Shown piece by piece: positions 27,629-36,620 of a DNA stretch of 58,954 nucleotides. The number at the start of each line of letters is the position of its first letter. Position 1 is the first letter of the stretch. Under the pieces are notes generated by a model. That model saw only the letters and a program-made list of their open reading frames with translations, ran no database searches and had not been told where the DNA came from. Origin of the DNA: a virus (taxonomy: Duplodnaviria > Caudoviricetes); IMG/VR virus record IMGVR_UViG_3300022413_000001, positions 1 to 58,954 of that record. One strand, written 5' to 3'. The translations under genes were made by a program, and so were the position numbers.

Positions 27629-27666
27629 CACACAGCGGGCTACGGCCCGCACAGAAGGAGATCATC

Positions 27667-27849
27667 ATGGCATACGCAATTGAACTAGTCGATGCTTCCC
27701 GGAATGGCGCATTAGAACTCTATCACGATACTGAAACAGGGTTTTTTATCATCAGAGACTATCTCTATAATCAGACCACTCTTTTTCAGTTGGAGTCGGA
27801 AGCTCTCAATCAATTTGAAGCATGGATAGATGAATTGCATTTGGATTAA
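27667..27849 (+). CDS. Hypothetical early protein
   Basis: AAGGAG RBS. Confidence 0.55.
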   Translation: MAYAIELVDASRNGALELYHDTETGFFIIRDYLYNQTTLFQLESEALNQFEAWIDELHLD

Positions 27850-27947
27850 TTCGTACAGAGATACGGCCCGCATAAAGAAGAGAGGCTGGCAGGCTAAGCA
27901 GTTATGGTGACGGCAAGCCTGCCAGCCCAATCACGAAGGAGAAGATC

Positions 27948-28256
27948 ATGTTAGCACAGCAGCCCGCGACTCACAACCGGAAACGGAACACGCACAAACG
28001 GCGCAATGCCTATCACGCGCCGGCAGACATGACGGCGTTGCAGCAAAACATTGCAGCGGTAACACTCAACCACATTAGGCAGGGAAAAGCGGTAGACTAC
28101 CGCAATCTGGCGATAACCTATCCGCTAGCATTTGACCTGGTGTATGTTGCCCTGGGAGAGACGGAGAAGGTGGAGACGGGCATGGTCTGCAACGAAGCAT
28201 CGTTGAGGCGACGCCTCAACGAGCGGGAACGGGAGCGGTTCGAGGCGTTACGATAA
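27948..28256 (+). CDS. Hypothetical early protein
   Basis: AAGGAG RBS. Confidence 0.55.
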   Translation: MLAQQPATHNRKRNTHKRRNAYHAPADMTALQQNIAAVTLNHIRQGKAVDYRNLAITYPLAFDLVYVALGETEKVETGMVCNEASLRRRLNERERERFEALR

Positions 28257-28286
28257 CACCACATGTGCGGGCGAAAGGGTTAATCT

Positions 28287-28484
28287 ATGAATTTCAAAGA
28301 CCTATTCAGAGACCTACCCGAATACAACGAGAATGAGCACGCCGAAGTTGAGTGGAGATGGGATGAGCCATGGGAGCAACTTCTCCTCCGCATTAGGGAA
28401 GGGCTGGAGGACTGCGCCGAATGCGGAGAGCTCGCTACCGATGTGCAGTTTGGCCAGGCGGTATGCGAGGCATGCAAGATTTAA
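28287..28484 (+). CDS. Small C4 Zn-finger protein
   Basis: CAECG...CEAC. Confidence 0.55.
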   Translation: MNFKDLFRDLPEYNENEHAEVEWRWDEPWEQLLLRIREGLEDCAECGELATDVQFGQAVCEACKI

Positions 28485-28503
28485 TGCCATATGGAGGGAA
28501 ACA

Positions 28504-29043
28504 ATGAATCAAGAAAAGATCGTTGAGTTGTTAACAAATATCAAAAATTTTAACCAATGGAGAGAGGAGCAACCAGATAGCGATATCAATCTCAGTGGGG
28601 CGGACCTCCGTGGGGCGGACCTCAGAGGGGCGAAGCTCAGTTGGGCGGACCTCAGAGGGGCGAAGCTCAGTTGGGCGGACCTCAGAGGGGCGAAGCTCAG
28701 TTGGGCGGACCTCAGTGGGGCGGACCTCAGAGGGGCGTGGCTCAGTTGGGCGGACCTCAGTGGGGCGGACCTCAGTGGGGCGGACCTCAGTTGGGCGAAG
28801 CTCAGTGGGGTTGCCTTCTGTGGAACAATAGGGGTTCTGATCGCGCAATTCGATCCTCGCAACTACACCTTGGTTGTGTGGAAGTGTCAGGGGAAACCGC
28901 GAGTAAAGGCAGGATGCAGGGACTTCAGCTTCGAGGAAGCCCTGGCTCACTGGGGCTCTTCTGACTATCCTGATGCAGCAAGAGGTCAGATGTATGTGCA
29001 AATGATAAAGTTGCTGAGTGCGTCATTCGAGGAGGGCGTATGA
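28504..29043 (+). CDS. Pentapeptide repeat protein
   Basis: ~15 A(D/K)L(S/R)(G/W) repeats encoded by 15/30 bp tandem DNA repeats; C-terminal ..AGCR.F...EA..HW domain. Confidence 0.9.
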   Translation: MNQEKIVELLTNIKNFNQWREEQPDSDINLSGADLRGADLRGAKLSWADLRGAKLSWADLRGAKLSWADLSGADLRGAWLSWADLSGADLSGADLSWAKLSGVAFCGTIGVLIAQFDPRNYTLVVWKCQGKPRVKAGCRDFSFEEALAHWGSSDYPDAARGQMYVQMIKLLSASFEEGV

Positions 29044-29252
29044 TCTATCTCATTTGGCTGGGTCTGCCCATAGTCTGTGCCTTCATTCTGTGGCCATGGC
29101 TCATCTTCTGGGTCATGGCTTATCTTCTGGGTAGCATCATCTTGCTCGTGGCGGTTGGCAGGCATTTTGCGGGATGGTTCCCCGAGCACCAGCCGCTGCT
29201 GGAAAGCAGCACGCTGGAAGAAATTGAACAAACTGTGGAGCAAGGGAGGTAA
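29040..29252 (+). CDS. Small two-TM membrane protein
   Basis: Hydrophobic; ATGA-coupled to the previous gene. Confidence 0.55.
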   Translation: MIYLIWLGLPIVCAFILWPWLIFWVMAYLLGSIILLVAVGRHFAGWFPEHQPLLESSTLEEIEQTVEQGR

Positions 29253-29254
29253 GA

Positions 29255-29513
29255 ATGGGGAAAATGGCATTTTAACCGATCAGTATGATTACTTTGTAAA
29301 CGCTTTGGTAGGTGTCCTGCAAAACATACCAGAAGGACAAGATCTTCACACCAGCGCTTTTATAAATGCTCTCGCCTTGGTTGTTGCCGCTACAATTCAG
29401 AGCCTCTTCCAGGGCGAGGAGGATAGAATTGGCAAACAAGTTGAGTTCTTGGAAATTTGGAAATGTGGAAGCGGGAAGTGGTGGCAAAGCTTCTGGAATA
29501 CAGCGGCAAATAA
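29255..29513 (+). pseudogene. Doubly frameshifted paralog of 30471-30683
   Basis: GGAGG-ATG is out of frame at the T4 run 29270-29273; 8 bp tandem duplication TTGGAAAT at 29449-29464; shares QYDYFV.A with the minus-strand gene. Confidence 0.55.
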
Positions 29514-29523
29514 GGAAGAAACT

Positions 29524-29976
29524 ATGTTCAAACCCCTCGTCTTGGGTTCGCTCGCCCTTTTGGCGATGTCCGTTAATGCCAACGCCCACATGGGGCGATA
29601 CCCTTGTGACTTTGACGAAGCGTTCGTCGCCAAGATCCGGAAACTCTCTAAAGACGAACGCCCTCAAAATTTTCAACTTAGAGCAGTTCTCGACTTGGCC
29701 GTGGACGCCGCAGAGCATTGCCGTGAAGAGGCATTGGTGGAAGTCATGAATTCCTTCATGACGAAGGGATTGACCGGCAATGAAAAGGAGAAAACGCCAG
29801 ACCGTCCTCCTGAACAGGATTGCGAAAACTGGAGGCGAAGCGATGGATTAATGACATGGGAATGTCCATTGGGTTCAATGTCAGAGGGAACAAACTGTCC
29901 TTCAGTAGATGACGATATGGCTGGCACAACTATATGGACATGCCCAAGCGATGTTTCTTCGCCATGGGCAAAATAA
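29524..29976 (+). CDS. Secreted Cys-rich hypothetical protein
   Basis: Signal peptide MFKPLVLGSLALLAMSVNANA; six Cys. Confidence 0.6.
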   Translation: MFKPLVLGSLALLAMSVNANAHMGRYPCDFDEAFVAKIRKLSKDERPQNFQLRAVLDLAVDAAEHCREEALVEVMNSFMTKGLTGNEKEKTPDRPPEQDCENWRRSDGLMTWECPLGSMSEGTNCPSVDDDMAGTTIWTCPSDVSSPWAK

Positions 29977-29986
29977 GAGGGTTGAC

Positions 29987-30130
29987 ATGAGTGAGGGATA
30001 TAGCACAGCGTTGGTGGAAAAGAAGATAACGGAAGCCATCTACATCCTGGAGAAGGGTTCTGAGACGGACAAGGCTTTCGGGAGGATGTTCCTAGAATTG
30101 CTGGAATTGTGGAAGGGGAAAAAAGCATAA
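29987..30130 (+). CDS. Hypothetical protein
   Basis: GAGG RBS; last gene of the operon. Confidence 0.4.
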   Translation: MSEGYSTALVEKKITEAIYILEKGSETDKAFGRMFLELLELWKGKKA

Positions 30131-30137
30131 CACTACG

Positions 30138-30180
30138 CAACAAGGCAGCAGGCAATGGTATTCTTTCTGCTGCCTTGTTG
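30138..30180. terminator. Hairpin between convergent operons
   Basis: 14 bp inverted repeat CAACAAGGCAGCAG/CTGCTGCCTTGTTG. Confidence 0.6.
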
Positions 30181-30273
30181 GCTCAGAAGTTGAAGATCAC
30201 ATAGAGAGAGTAAAGTATCCCTACAATCAATCCCCCTGCGATTAGCCCACTCATGTTTGTATTCATGTCTCAC

Positions 30274-30474
30274 CTACGCGCCTTCCAGAGCGGCCCTCTC
30301 CAACTCAGCCCGCCCCCTTGCCACCTTGATGGCGGCAATGACCAAATCGAGAGATGCCATGTGTAACTGCATCCTTTTCTCACAGCATTCCACGCACAAT
30401 ATATATTCCTCGTTCGGCTTCGGTTGATAGACACGTATTCCATTGGTGATCTTCCCACAGTCCTGGCAACTCAT
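30274..30474 (-). CDS. Small Zn-finger protein
   Basis: CQDCG...CVEC. Confidence 0.5.
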   Translation of the reverse strand: MSCQDCGKITNGIRVYQPKPNEEYILCVECCEKRMQLHMASLDLVIAAIKVARGRAELERAALEGA

Positions 30475-30683
30475 GCTAACTCCTGTACCGCGATATATTT
30501 GCACATGCCAGCAAAGTATCGCTCTAGCGTGGCTATCGGATTATCGGTGCACAAGACTATCCAAATCATCATAAATGACACGGCTTCTAGAAACGCCTCA
30601 ATGTCAAATTCGCTATCATCCGGCATAGCATTCAGGGCTTGTCTGATCGCATCGACGAAATAATCATACTGTTCGTCGTCCAT
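30471..30683 (-). CDS. Hypothetical protein
   Basis: AAGGAG RBS; MDDEQYDYFVDA. Confidence 0.55.
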   Translation of the reverse strand: MDDEQYDYFVDAIRQALNAMPDDSEFDIEAFLEAVSFMMIWIVLCTDNPIATLERYFAGMCKYIAVQELA

Positions 30684-30694
30684 ATCCCACTCCT

Positions 30695-30907
30695 TTACCG
30701 CTGTTGTGGCTGCTTGAGGGCAGCTCTCTCGCCAAAGACATGCCCGATGATCGTGGTGAAGGCCCCTGCAACAAACTCGTAGGGCATGGCGCCCTGAATC
30801 GAGAGGGTCACCACGCCAATCGTCAATACCGTGGTAATAAATGGCCGATTCAGGGCACGAATGGTCTCTACCCATGGGGGTAGAGTGGTTTCCGGTGGGG
30901 TAGCCAT
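30695..30907 (-). CDS. Holin-like two-TM protein
   Basis: RP..T motif, two TM segments, FGER plus basic tail. Confidence 0.55.
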   Translation of the reverse strand: MATPPETTLPPWVETIRALNRPFITTVLTIGVVTLSIQGAMPYEFVAGAFTTIIGHVFGERAALKQPQQR

Positions 30908-30923
30908 ATCACTCCTTTTAATC

Positions 30924-31214
30924 TCATATCAATCCATGTTTTCGTGCCATGATCACCCATGCCCCCACTAGCATGCCAGCTAAATCTTTATCCGGGAGCT
31001 TGAGCAGCTCATGGTAGTTGTACTCTCCTTTGGCAAACAAATCCGCTTCCCATGCAATGTTTTCCCGCTCTGCCTGGGTAAACGGCGGAACATCAACATC
31101 ATATAAACGAGCCCTGACGAGGCGTTCCTCGTCACCACAGAGGCAATCCAAATCGGCTGGTAATTGGCAGACACATCCCGTTGGGTAATCTTTTAGTTCG
31201 AGTCTATGTGTCAT
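30924..31214 (-). CDS. Hypothetical Cys-containing protein
   Basis: CVC...DCLCG; coupled ORF. Confidence 0.5.
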   Translation of the reverse strand: MTHRLELKDYPTGCVCQLPADLDCLCGDEERLVRARLYDVDVPPFTQAERENIAWEADLFAKGEYNYHELLKLPDKDLAGMLVGAWVIMARKHGLI

Positions 31215-31342
31215 GACGTTCTCCTTCTCTGCCGCCATCTGCGAACCCAGATAGCAGCGCTACTGAGCATCAGTAGGATGCTATACCCGGCCACCGCACA
31301 GGCCAGAACGAACACGGTTGCGTAAGTTTCATTGCTGCTCAT
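31211..31342 (-). CDS. 43 aa single-TM peptide (not in the ORF track)
   Basis: MSSNETYATVFVLACAVAGYSILLMLSSAAIWVRRWRQRRRTS; ATGA overlaps at both ends. Confidence 0.55.
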   Translation of the reverse strand: MSSNETYATVFVLACAVAGYSILLMLSSAAIWVRRWRQRRRTS

Positions 31343-31719
31343 CGTTCCCCCCATAACCTTTCTGACATCATCTCATCCCAGCAAGGCTTGTGGTAGACAC
31401 CATCGGAGTAAAACACATCAATGCTTTGCGCTGGGATGATCTGTTTACATCGCGGACACCTGTCTTCCTCTTTCTCTTTGCGCAACATCGTCCCTTCTCT
31501 CTCAAAAAGTTCTTGAAACCCCCGATTATCAATCCCCCGATTATCTTCCTCGTCGAGGGTCATGTCCTGAATCCAAGCACGCGCTTGGCCATCAATCCAC
31601 TCATTCCAGCTTTGCCCTTTAGCGAGCAAGGACTCCTCTAGTTTTCTCCATAGAAACACGTCCATGTGGATCTGGACGCTGATCGTACCAGGGGGCTCAA
31701 ACTGCTTAACAATTCTCAT
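31339..31719 (-). CDS. Hypothetical protein with a C-terminal Zn finger
   Basis: CPRC...H..C. Confidence 0.55.
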   Translation of the reverse strand: MRIVKQFEPPGTISVQIHMDVFLWRKLEESLLAKGQSWNEWIDGQARAWIQDMTLDEEDNRGIDNRGFQELFEREGTMLRKEKEEDRCPRCKQIIPAQSIDVFYSDGVYHKPCWDEMMSERLWGER

Positions 31720-32055
31720 TTATAGGGCCTCCCTGCTCTCATCTTTCATAACGTGGCTCGGTGAAGTTTCAGCAAACAGCGTATAATTACAAAAATCTCC
31801 GTTTCTGTAACAATAGACATAGAGCACTCTTGAATGCCCACTCCCAAGTAATATAGTTCCAATCAGACTTTTAAACTCCTCGTTCCATGTCTGCGGATCC
31901 TCTGAATGAGACTGCATCACGTTAAGGATGCCGTCCATCATTTCCATGTCGGTTGTGGTCGGAATGGGTGCTTGGTTCTTGTAGTACTTGTGATATCCAA
32001 GGACGCACGTCGTGAAACCAATAACAAAGAAAATATGGTAAAAAATCATTTTCAT
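31720..32055 (-). CDS. N-terminal TM hypothetical protein
   Basis: Hydrophobic N-terminus. Confidence 0.5.
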   Translation of the reverse strand: MKMIFYHIFFVIGFTTCVLGYHKYYKNQAPIPTTTDMEMMDGILNVMQSHSEDPQTWNEEFKSLIGTILLGSGHSRVLYVYCYRNGDFCNYTLFAETSPSHVMKDESREAL

Positions 32056-32056
32056 C

Positions 32057-32416
32057 TCATTTCCCTCCCTTTTCCAAGCCTGTTTTTCCTTCGCTCCTCT
32101 TTCGCTCTCCAATACTTATCACGAATTCGTTCCAGCCTTCGACTCCCCCAACGCAATCCAAATGGTAGTAAAGGCGCTCATGTCCTTGAATGATATAAGT
32201 TGACTTGTCCATTGCTGTGATTTCCTCGCAGCAACTCTCGCACATTCGTTCGCGCGTTACCCCTCCCAACTCTTTCCGCTCCAGGAGTTCCTTGATGGCG
32301 AGGCGAACCAAACTCGCCACAGTCCTTTCCTCTTCTTCAGCTACTTTTTGGAGCTGAAGCAGGGTGTCTAATTTTAACCGTACCGTCATCGCAGTGGTCT
32401 GATTTGACGTCTCCAT
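32057..32416 (-). CDS. RHH regulator fused to a Zn finger
   Basis: MTVRL...L..VA.EEERTVASLVRLAI followed by CESC...H..C. Confidence 0.7.
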   Translation of the reverse strand: METSNQTTAMTVRLKLDTLLQLQKVAEEEERTVASLVRLAIKELLERKELGGVTRERMCESCCEEITAMDKSTYIIQGHERLYYHLDCVGGVEGWNEFVISIGERKRSEGKTGLEKGGK

Positions 32417-32516
32417 GATTTTTCTCCCTCTTTTTATGCTCACCCTGTGCGACTACATAAGATTACATTAGAACACAATAAATGTCAATAGAGGCGAGTA
32501 ATAATTCGGCGATTCC

Positions 32517-32738
32517 TCAGAACAACTTGATGTGATTTGACTCAAGTCGCTGCTTTTGGCACCGCGTGTGCGGCAACCGATGATAATCGATTCTCCAAAA
32601 TATTCTCCAAAATCTAGGCTCGAATTCGATCCCACTGAGCCCCTCGCGCGTGACGAGGGTATCGTATTCCTCGGTTGTCTCCAGCCTCCAGCCCTCGCCG
32701 TCAATCCAGACATCAGGTTTTTGATTGTCTCGTTTCAT
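32517..32738 (-). CDS. Hypothetical protein
   Basis: ATGA-coupled to the methylase stop. Confidence 0.4.
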   Translation of the reverse strand: MKRDNQKPDVWIDGEGWRLETTEEYDTLVTREGLSGIEFEPRFWRIFWRIDYHRLPHTRCQKQRLESNHIKLF

Positions 32739-33460
32739 GCGTCCTGCGCTCCGTGCGTGTTCAACCATTGCGTACCTACATATTGCGTGTAGGCTGGGGG
32801 AATGGCCTGACAAAGTTCCACTCCTGTCATCCAATCTATTTGCATCGCAATCCGCGTAACCGCAACACCAGGACTCATCTTGTTTTCCCAGTATTCAGGA
32901 TGCACAAAGTCTTTTGACGATGTGCGTTTAGGCAAAGGTTTGTATCCACTATGGACAATATCCCTGGATCTCGACCCCAATTTCCTGCCTCTGCGTATTG
33001 AATGAACATGCGGCGGGTGATCAGGTGCAAACCATAGAAAATTGGATTCGAAATAACGATGCCGGTACATCGGCAAATCAAACATACCCCCGCACAACCA
33101 ATTCGCGTCCAACTTCGCTCCCATTACATTCTCTATCACATAATGCCTACCCGTTGCCTGCAACAAGATACGCAATGGGTCAATGAGCAATGGATACTCT
33201 TTTTCTGCAAGCGAGGGAAGGTGTCTCATGACACTGTATCCCTGGCAAGGGGGGCTGGCGTGAATGAAGTCAAATCCCCTCCCATGCTCAGCCAAAAACT
33301 CCAGCGCATCGCCCTGCACGAATTCAAACGGGTAGCGCGGTTGTGGAGCGATATCCACGCCCGTAATGTTCTCAAACCCAGCCCAGCAATAACCCATGGC
33401 AGCGCCACCTGCTCAAGCGCCGCAGAATAAATCGAGTAATCTCAATTTATGCGTTGGCAT
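32735..33460 (-). CDS. C5 DNA cytosine methyltransferase with an in-frame TGA in motif I (pseudogene or recoded)
   Basis: AGGAGG RBS, then MPTHKLRLLDLFCGA*AGGAAMG; also SPPCQ, IENV and RHRYFE motifs; TGA at 33413-33415. Confidence 0.75.
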
Positions 33461-33631
33461 ATTGACACCTCCTTTCCATTACGCCACACCCGTTTCTACT
33501 CCGATCCCTCATCGGTCAAACCAACGGCTGAACAACGTGCCCAACTCCAACTCGATCTCTGCCCACCAGCGGGCGCAGCACTTGCGTAAGCGTATCCACA
33601 TGTTAGACCTCTTTCTTGACTGACCGGTTTA

Positions 33632-33886
33632 CTATAGCGAGATATTACCATCGTATTTTTTTTCAATCGCCAGCCTTTCAGCCTTATAGAGGCGCTCAAT
33701 GCCCTTGGTGTCCATCCCTAACATGCGGGCAGCCTCGATGAGTCTTTTATGTTTTGACACTAATGCTCTTAGCGCTTCCTCCTTCGTCGCTGGGATCTTT
33801 TGAATTTGGGAACCGATTTCCCGCTCAACAAGCCGCCGCGCTATCCAAGACAAGTATTCATCAGGATTGTCAAGTGAGAATTTCAT
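33632..33886 (-). CDS. Hypothetical protein
   Basis: AGGAG RBS. Confidence 0.5.
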   Translation of the reverse strand: MKFSLDNPDEYLSWIARRLVEREIGSQIQKIPATKEEALRALVSKHKRLIEAARMLGMDTKGIERLYKAERLAIEKKYDGNISL

Positions 33887-33888
33887 AA

Positions 33889-34131
33889 CTACTCTCCTTT
33901 CTTAACTGACCGGTGCATCCTGTAATAATCCAGAATAGCCGGTAAAGTTTCTTGTCTTGAATCCAGTTCATCGAGTTTGCTTTCGATGGAAGCTGACAAG
34001 ATATCCATGGTCTGCTGTCTTTGTGTCTCAGACATTCCGCTCCATATCTCCTTGAAATGAGGGACAATCTTGGTGAAATATTGCACCTCTGAGCATGCAA
34101 TCAAATACGCCCATGGATCCCGCTTTTTCAT
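33889..34131 (-). CDS. Hypothetical protein
   Basis: Coupled ORF. Confidence 0.5.
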   Translation of the reverse strand: MKKRDPWAYLIACSEVQYFTKIVPHFKEIWSGMSETQRQQTMDILSASIESKLDELDSRQETLPAILDYYRMHRSVKKGE

Positions 34132-34382
34132 CGCTTAGCCCCTTGCTTGTGTTTCGCGGCAGACTTTGCATGGCTGATGCATTTCCCTAGCGCCCACTCC
34201 CATGCTTCGTCCCCCTGCTCCTCCCGGATTTGCCGCATCAGGGTTAAAAAGTACCGCCATGGGGCCTGCCCACCTGGTCGCCATTTGCCAGATTGCTGAC
34301 ACGTGCGGCAGACGCCCATCTCGGCCTGCTGTGGCGTAAAATATTTTGTTTTCCCGCAGGCTGAACACTTTATGACAATCAT
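34128..34382 (-). CDS. Zn-ribbon protein
   Basis: CSACG...CRTC. Confidence 0.5.
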   Translation of the reverse strand: MIVIKCSACGKTKYFTPQQAEMGVCRTCQQSGKWRPGGQAPWRYFLTLMRQIREEQGDEAWEWALGKCISHAKSAAKHKQGAKR

Positions 34383-34400
34383 TACCCCCCCCCTTTTTTT

Positions 34401-35948
34401 CTACTCAAAATATTCCATCTTGATCCGATCCCATCCGCCCTCCCGTGCACAGAGAATGGCATGCGGCTGCGGTGCCGCATTGGCCACGCCAATCGCGGCC
34501 TCGGCATGGGGAGGCATCGGCAGACCACGGCGGGAAAACCACGCCTGCGCCTGCTTGCGTGGCCAGCCGGTGTATTCCGGGCAGAGCCAATCATTGACCC
34601 AGACCTTTTGGCCGTGCTCGTCCATGCATAGGTACTGCACGCGCAGATTGGTGCATTCCTTGCGTTTTTTGCTCGGGGATAGTCTCACCTTTACGGTTAA
34701 CACTTTGAGCATCCTGGGGGGTACAGCTTGCGCGTAGCGGGGATCCAGAGTCGAGGCGTGGGCGCCGTGTCTGGCCATGCGCTCCCGCTCGATGCGCTCG
34801 GCTGCCTCTTTGCGCTCCTCCTGCTTCGCCCGCTCTGGACTTCTGAGGTACTGCGGGATGCCGTCAAGGGGGACATGGCGCTCCAGGTTTCCGGCCATGT
34901 CCAGAACCAGGCAATTGTCTTTTTCAGGAAATAGCCGAGTTCCGCGTCCGATCATTTGCACGGCGAGAGATTTACTCATGGTTGGCCGGAACATCGCCAC
35001 GCAATCCACACGCGGGATATCAAAGCCTTCGGTCCCCACCTGGCAATTGACGAGTGCCCGCAACCCGCCCGCGCGGAACGCCTCCAGCGTCTCTGCCCGC
35101 TCCTCGCTTGGGGTTGAACCCACAATCATTTTCGCGTGGATGCCCTTGTCACAGAGCAGCCCGGTGATCAGTTCGGTGTGTGCCACATCGACGCAGAAGA
35201 CCAGCCAGGATTTTCGGTTTGCTGCAAGACGACACAATTCATCCACAGCCTGTTTCGCCACTGATTCCTCCGATGCCGACTGCGACAGATCACTCAGGAC
35301 AAACTCACCGGCCTGCTTACGCACGCCATCGAGGGGGACATCGGCTGCGGTGAGCAGGCCAACAAGTGGCGAGAGATAGCCCATCTCGGTGAGGGTCTCA
35401 ACGCCAATGTGAGACGAGAGAAACGTGAACCAACTGTCGGCATCGCCGTAAATCGGGCCGTTGTCCATCCGGTAGGGCGTGGCACTGAAGCCGATTCGCG
35501 TCGCATTGGGGCAGGCTTCAAATACCGTTTTGTACATCGAGTCTCGGCTGGGGGGAGGACAACGGTGCGACTCGTCGCAGATAACCGCACCGAATTCCCC
35601 CGCCCGTTGCAACTCCTCCATGCGGCGGTAGATGGACTGCACACCGCCGAAGATGACGCGGCTATCCGTCTCCCGCTGCTCCAGCCCAGCCGAGTAGATG
35701 CCGTAATCGGTACCGGGTAAAAAGCGTTGCAGGGTCTCGCTGTTTTGCTCGAGCAACTCTTTGCGGTGCGTGGCGACGAGGACGCGGGTGCCGAGCTCTG
35801 CGCACAGGGCGGCAATCACTATGCTCTTCCCGGATCCGGTAGCCATGGCGCATACGGGGTCAGATCCCTCCTTGATTGCGGCCAAGAGATCACGGAGCGC
35901 TTCCTCTTGGTATGGCCGCAAGGTTAATGTTTCGGCAATCAGTGACAT
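34401..35948 (-). CDS. SF2 DEAD/DEAH helicase (RadD/YejH-like)
   Basis: LRPYQ, ATGSGKS, DESH, SATP, EGFDIP and QMIGRG.R motifs. Confidence 0.92.
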   Translation of the reverse strand: MSLIAETLTLRPYQEEALRDLLAAIKEGSDPVCAMATGSGKSIVIAALCAELGTRVLVATHRKELLEQNSETLQRFLPGTDYGIYSAGLEQRETDSRVIFGGVQSIYRRMEELQRAGEFGAVICDESHRCPPPSRDSMYKTVFEACPNATRIGFSATPYRMDNGPIYGDADSWFTFLSSHIGVETLTEMGYLSPLVGLLTAADVPLDGVRKQAGEFVLSDLSQSASEESVAKQAVDELCRLAANRKSWLVFCVDVAHTELITGLLCDKGIHAKMIVGSTPSEERAETLEAFRAGGLRALVNCQVGTEGFDIPRVDCVAMFRPTMSKSLAVQMIGRGTRLFPEKDNCLVLDMAGNLERHVPLDGIPQYLRSPERAKQEERKEAAERIERERMARHGAHASTLDPRYAQAVPPRMLKVLTVKVRLSPSKKRKECTNLRVQYLCMDEHGQKVWVNDWLCPEYTGWPRKQAQAWFSRRGLPMPPHAEAAIGVANAAPQPHAILCAREGGWDRIKMEYFE

Positions 35949-36405
35949 GATTCAATCGGCTCCTTCCATCAGCAAAAATTAAGGATTCCCAGCATCCTTA
36001 ATAGGTTATTCTTGTCATCAATTGTCAGTCAATTCATTTGCTTGCCGCCTAAAGCGAAGAAAGAGGCCGATACTTAACCGGAAGACGCCTCCCACCGAGG
36101 AGTTCCATCAAGTCCTCCGGATTGAACTCCTGACCCAACGCCTCCTCCTCTCGGTTCAACCGGCCAGCAGATTCAGTAGCATGCTGTGCACACCATGGCC
36201 CATAATGCGCATTTTTTCTCTTGCACTGGCGCCATCTAGTGCCAATGGGTTGCCAGGGATCCAACAAAATCCCATATCCTGCTTGTTTTACGTCACAATC
36301 AGGCCATCCACAGGACGCTTTTTGATTAACCATAATTAACCTCATTTCATTAAAATAGTTAAGGATGTCTAACTTTTTGGGTATTCGTGTAAAACGTAAC
36401 AACTC

Positions 36406-36609
36406 TGACAACTTGACAACTTTCCTCTATTTACTTCCGTATAAATACCTCATATTATAGTGTTTATCCCATTTTTTATGCCGAAAATAGGGATGACAAC
36501 TTAATGACAACCCATGACAACTTTTTTAACCGAAAATACCCATATTTGGTTAAGTGGTTGTCACATTTGTCAAAGTTGTCAGAGTTGTCACCGGTTGTCA
36601 GGGTTGTCA
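36406..36609. repeat. Iteron cluster, probable replication origin
   Basis: TGACAAC five times direct (36406, 36414, 36494, 36505, 36515) and GTTGTCA five times plus one variant inverted (36557-36609); AT-rich spacer; lies at the 3' end of the helicase gene. Confidence 0.75.
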
Positions 36610-36620
36610 AGAATGGAAAA

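Noticed and set aside
29077-29976. Single 299 aa ORF from the track
   Set aside because: A chimera of a shadow frame, a frameshifted pseudogene and a separate signal-peptide gene starting at 29524
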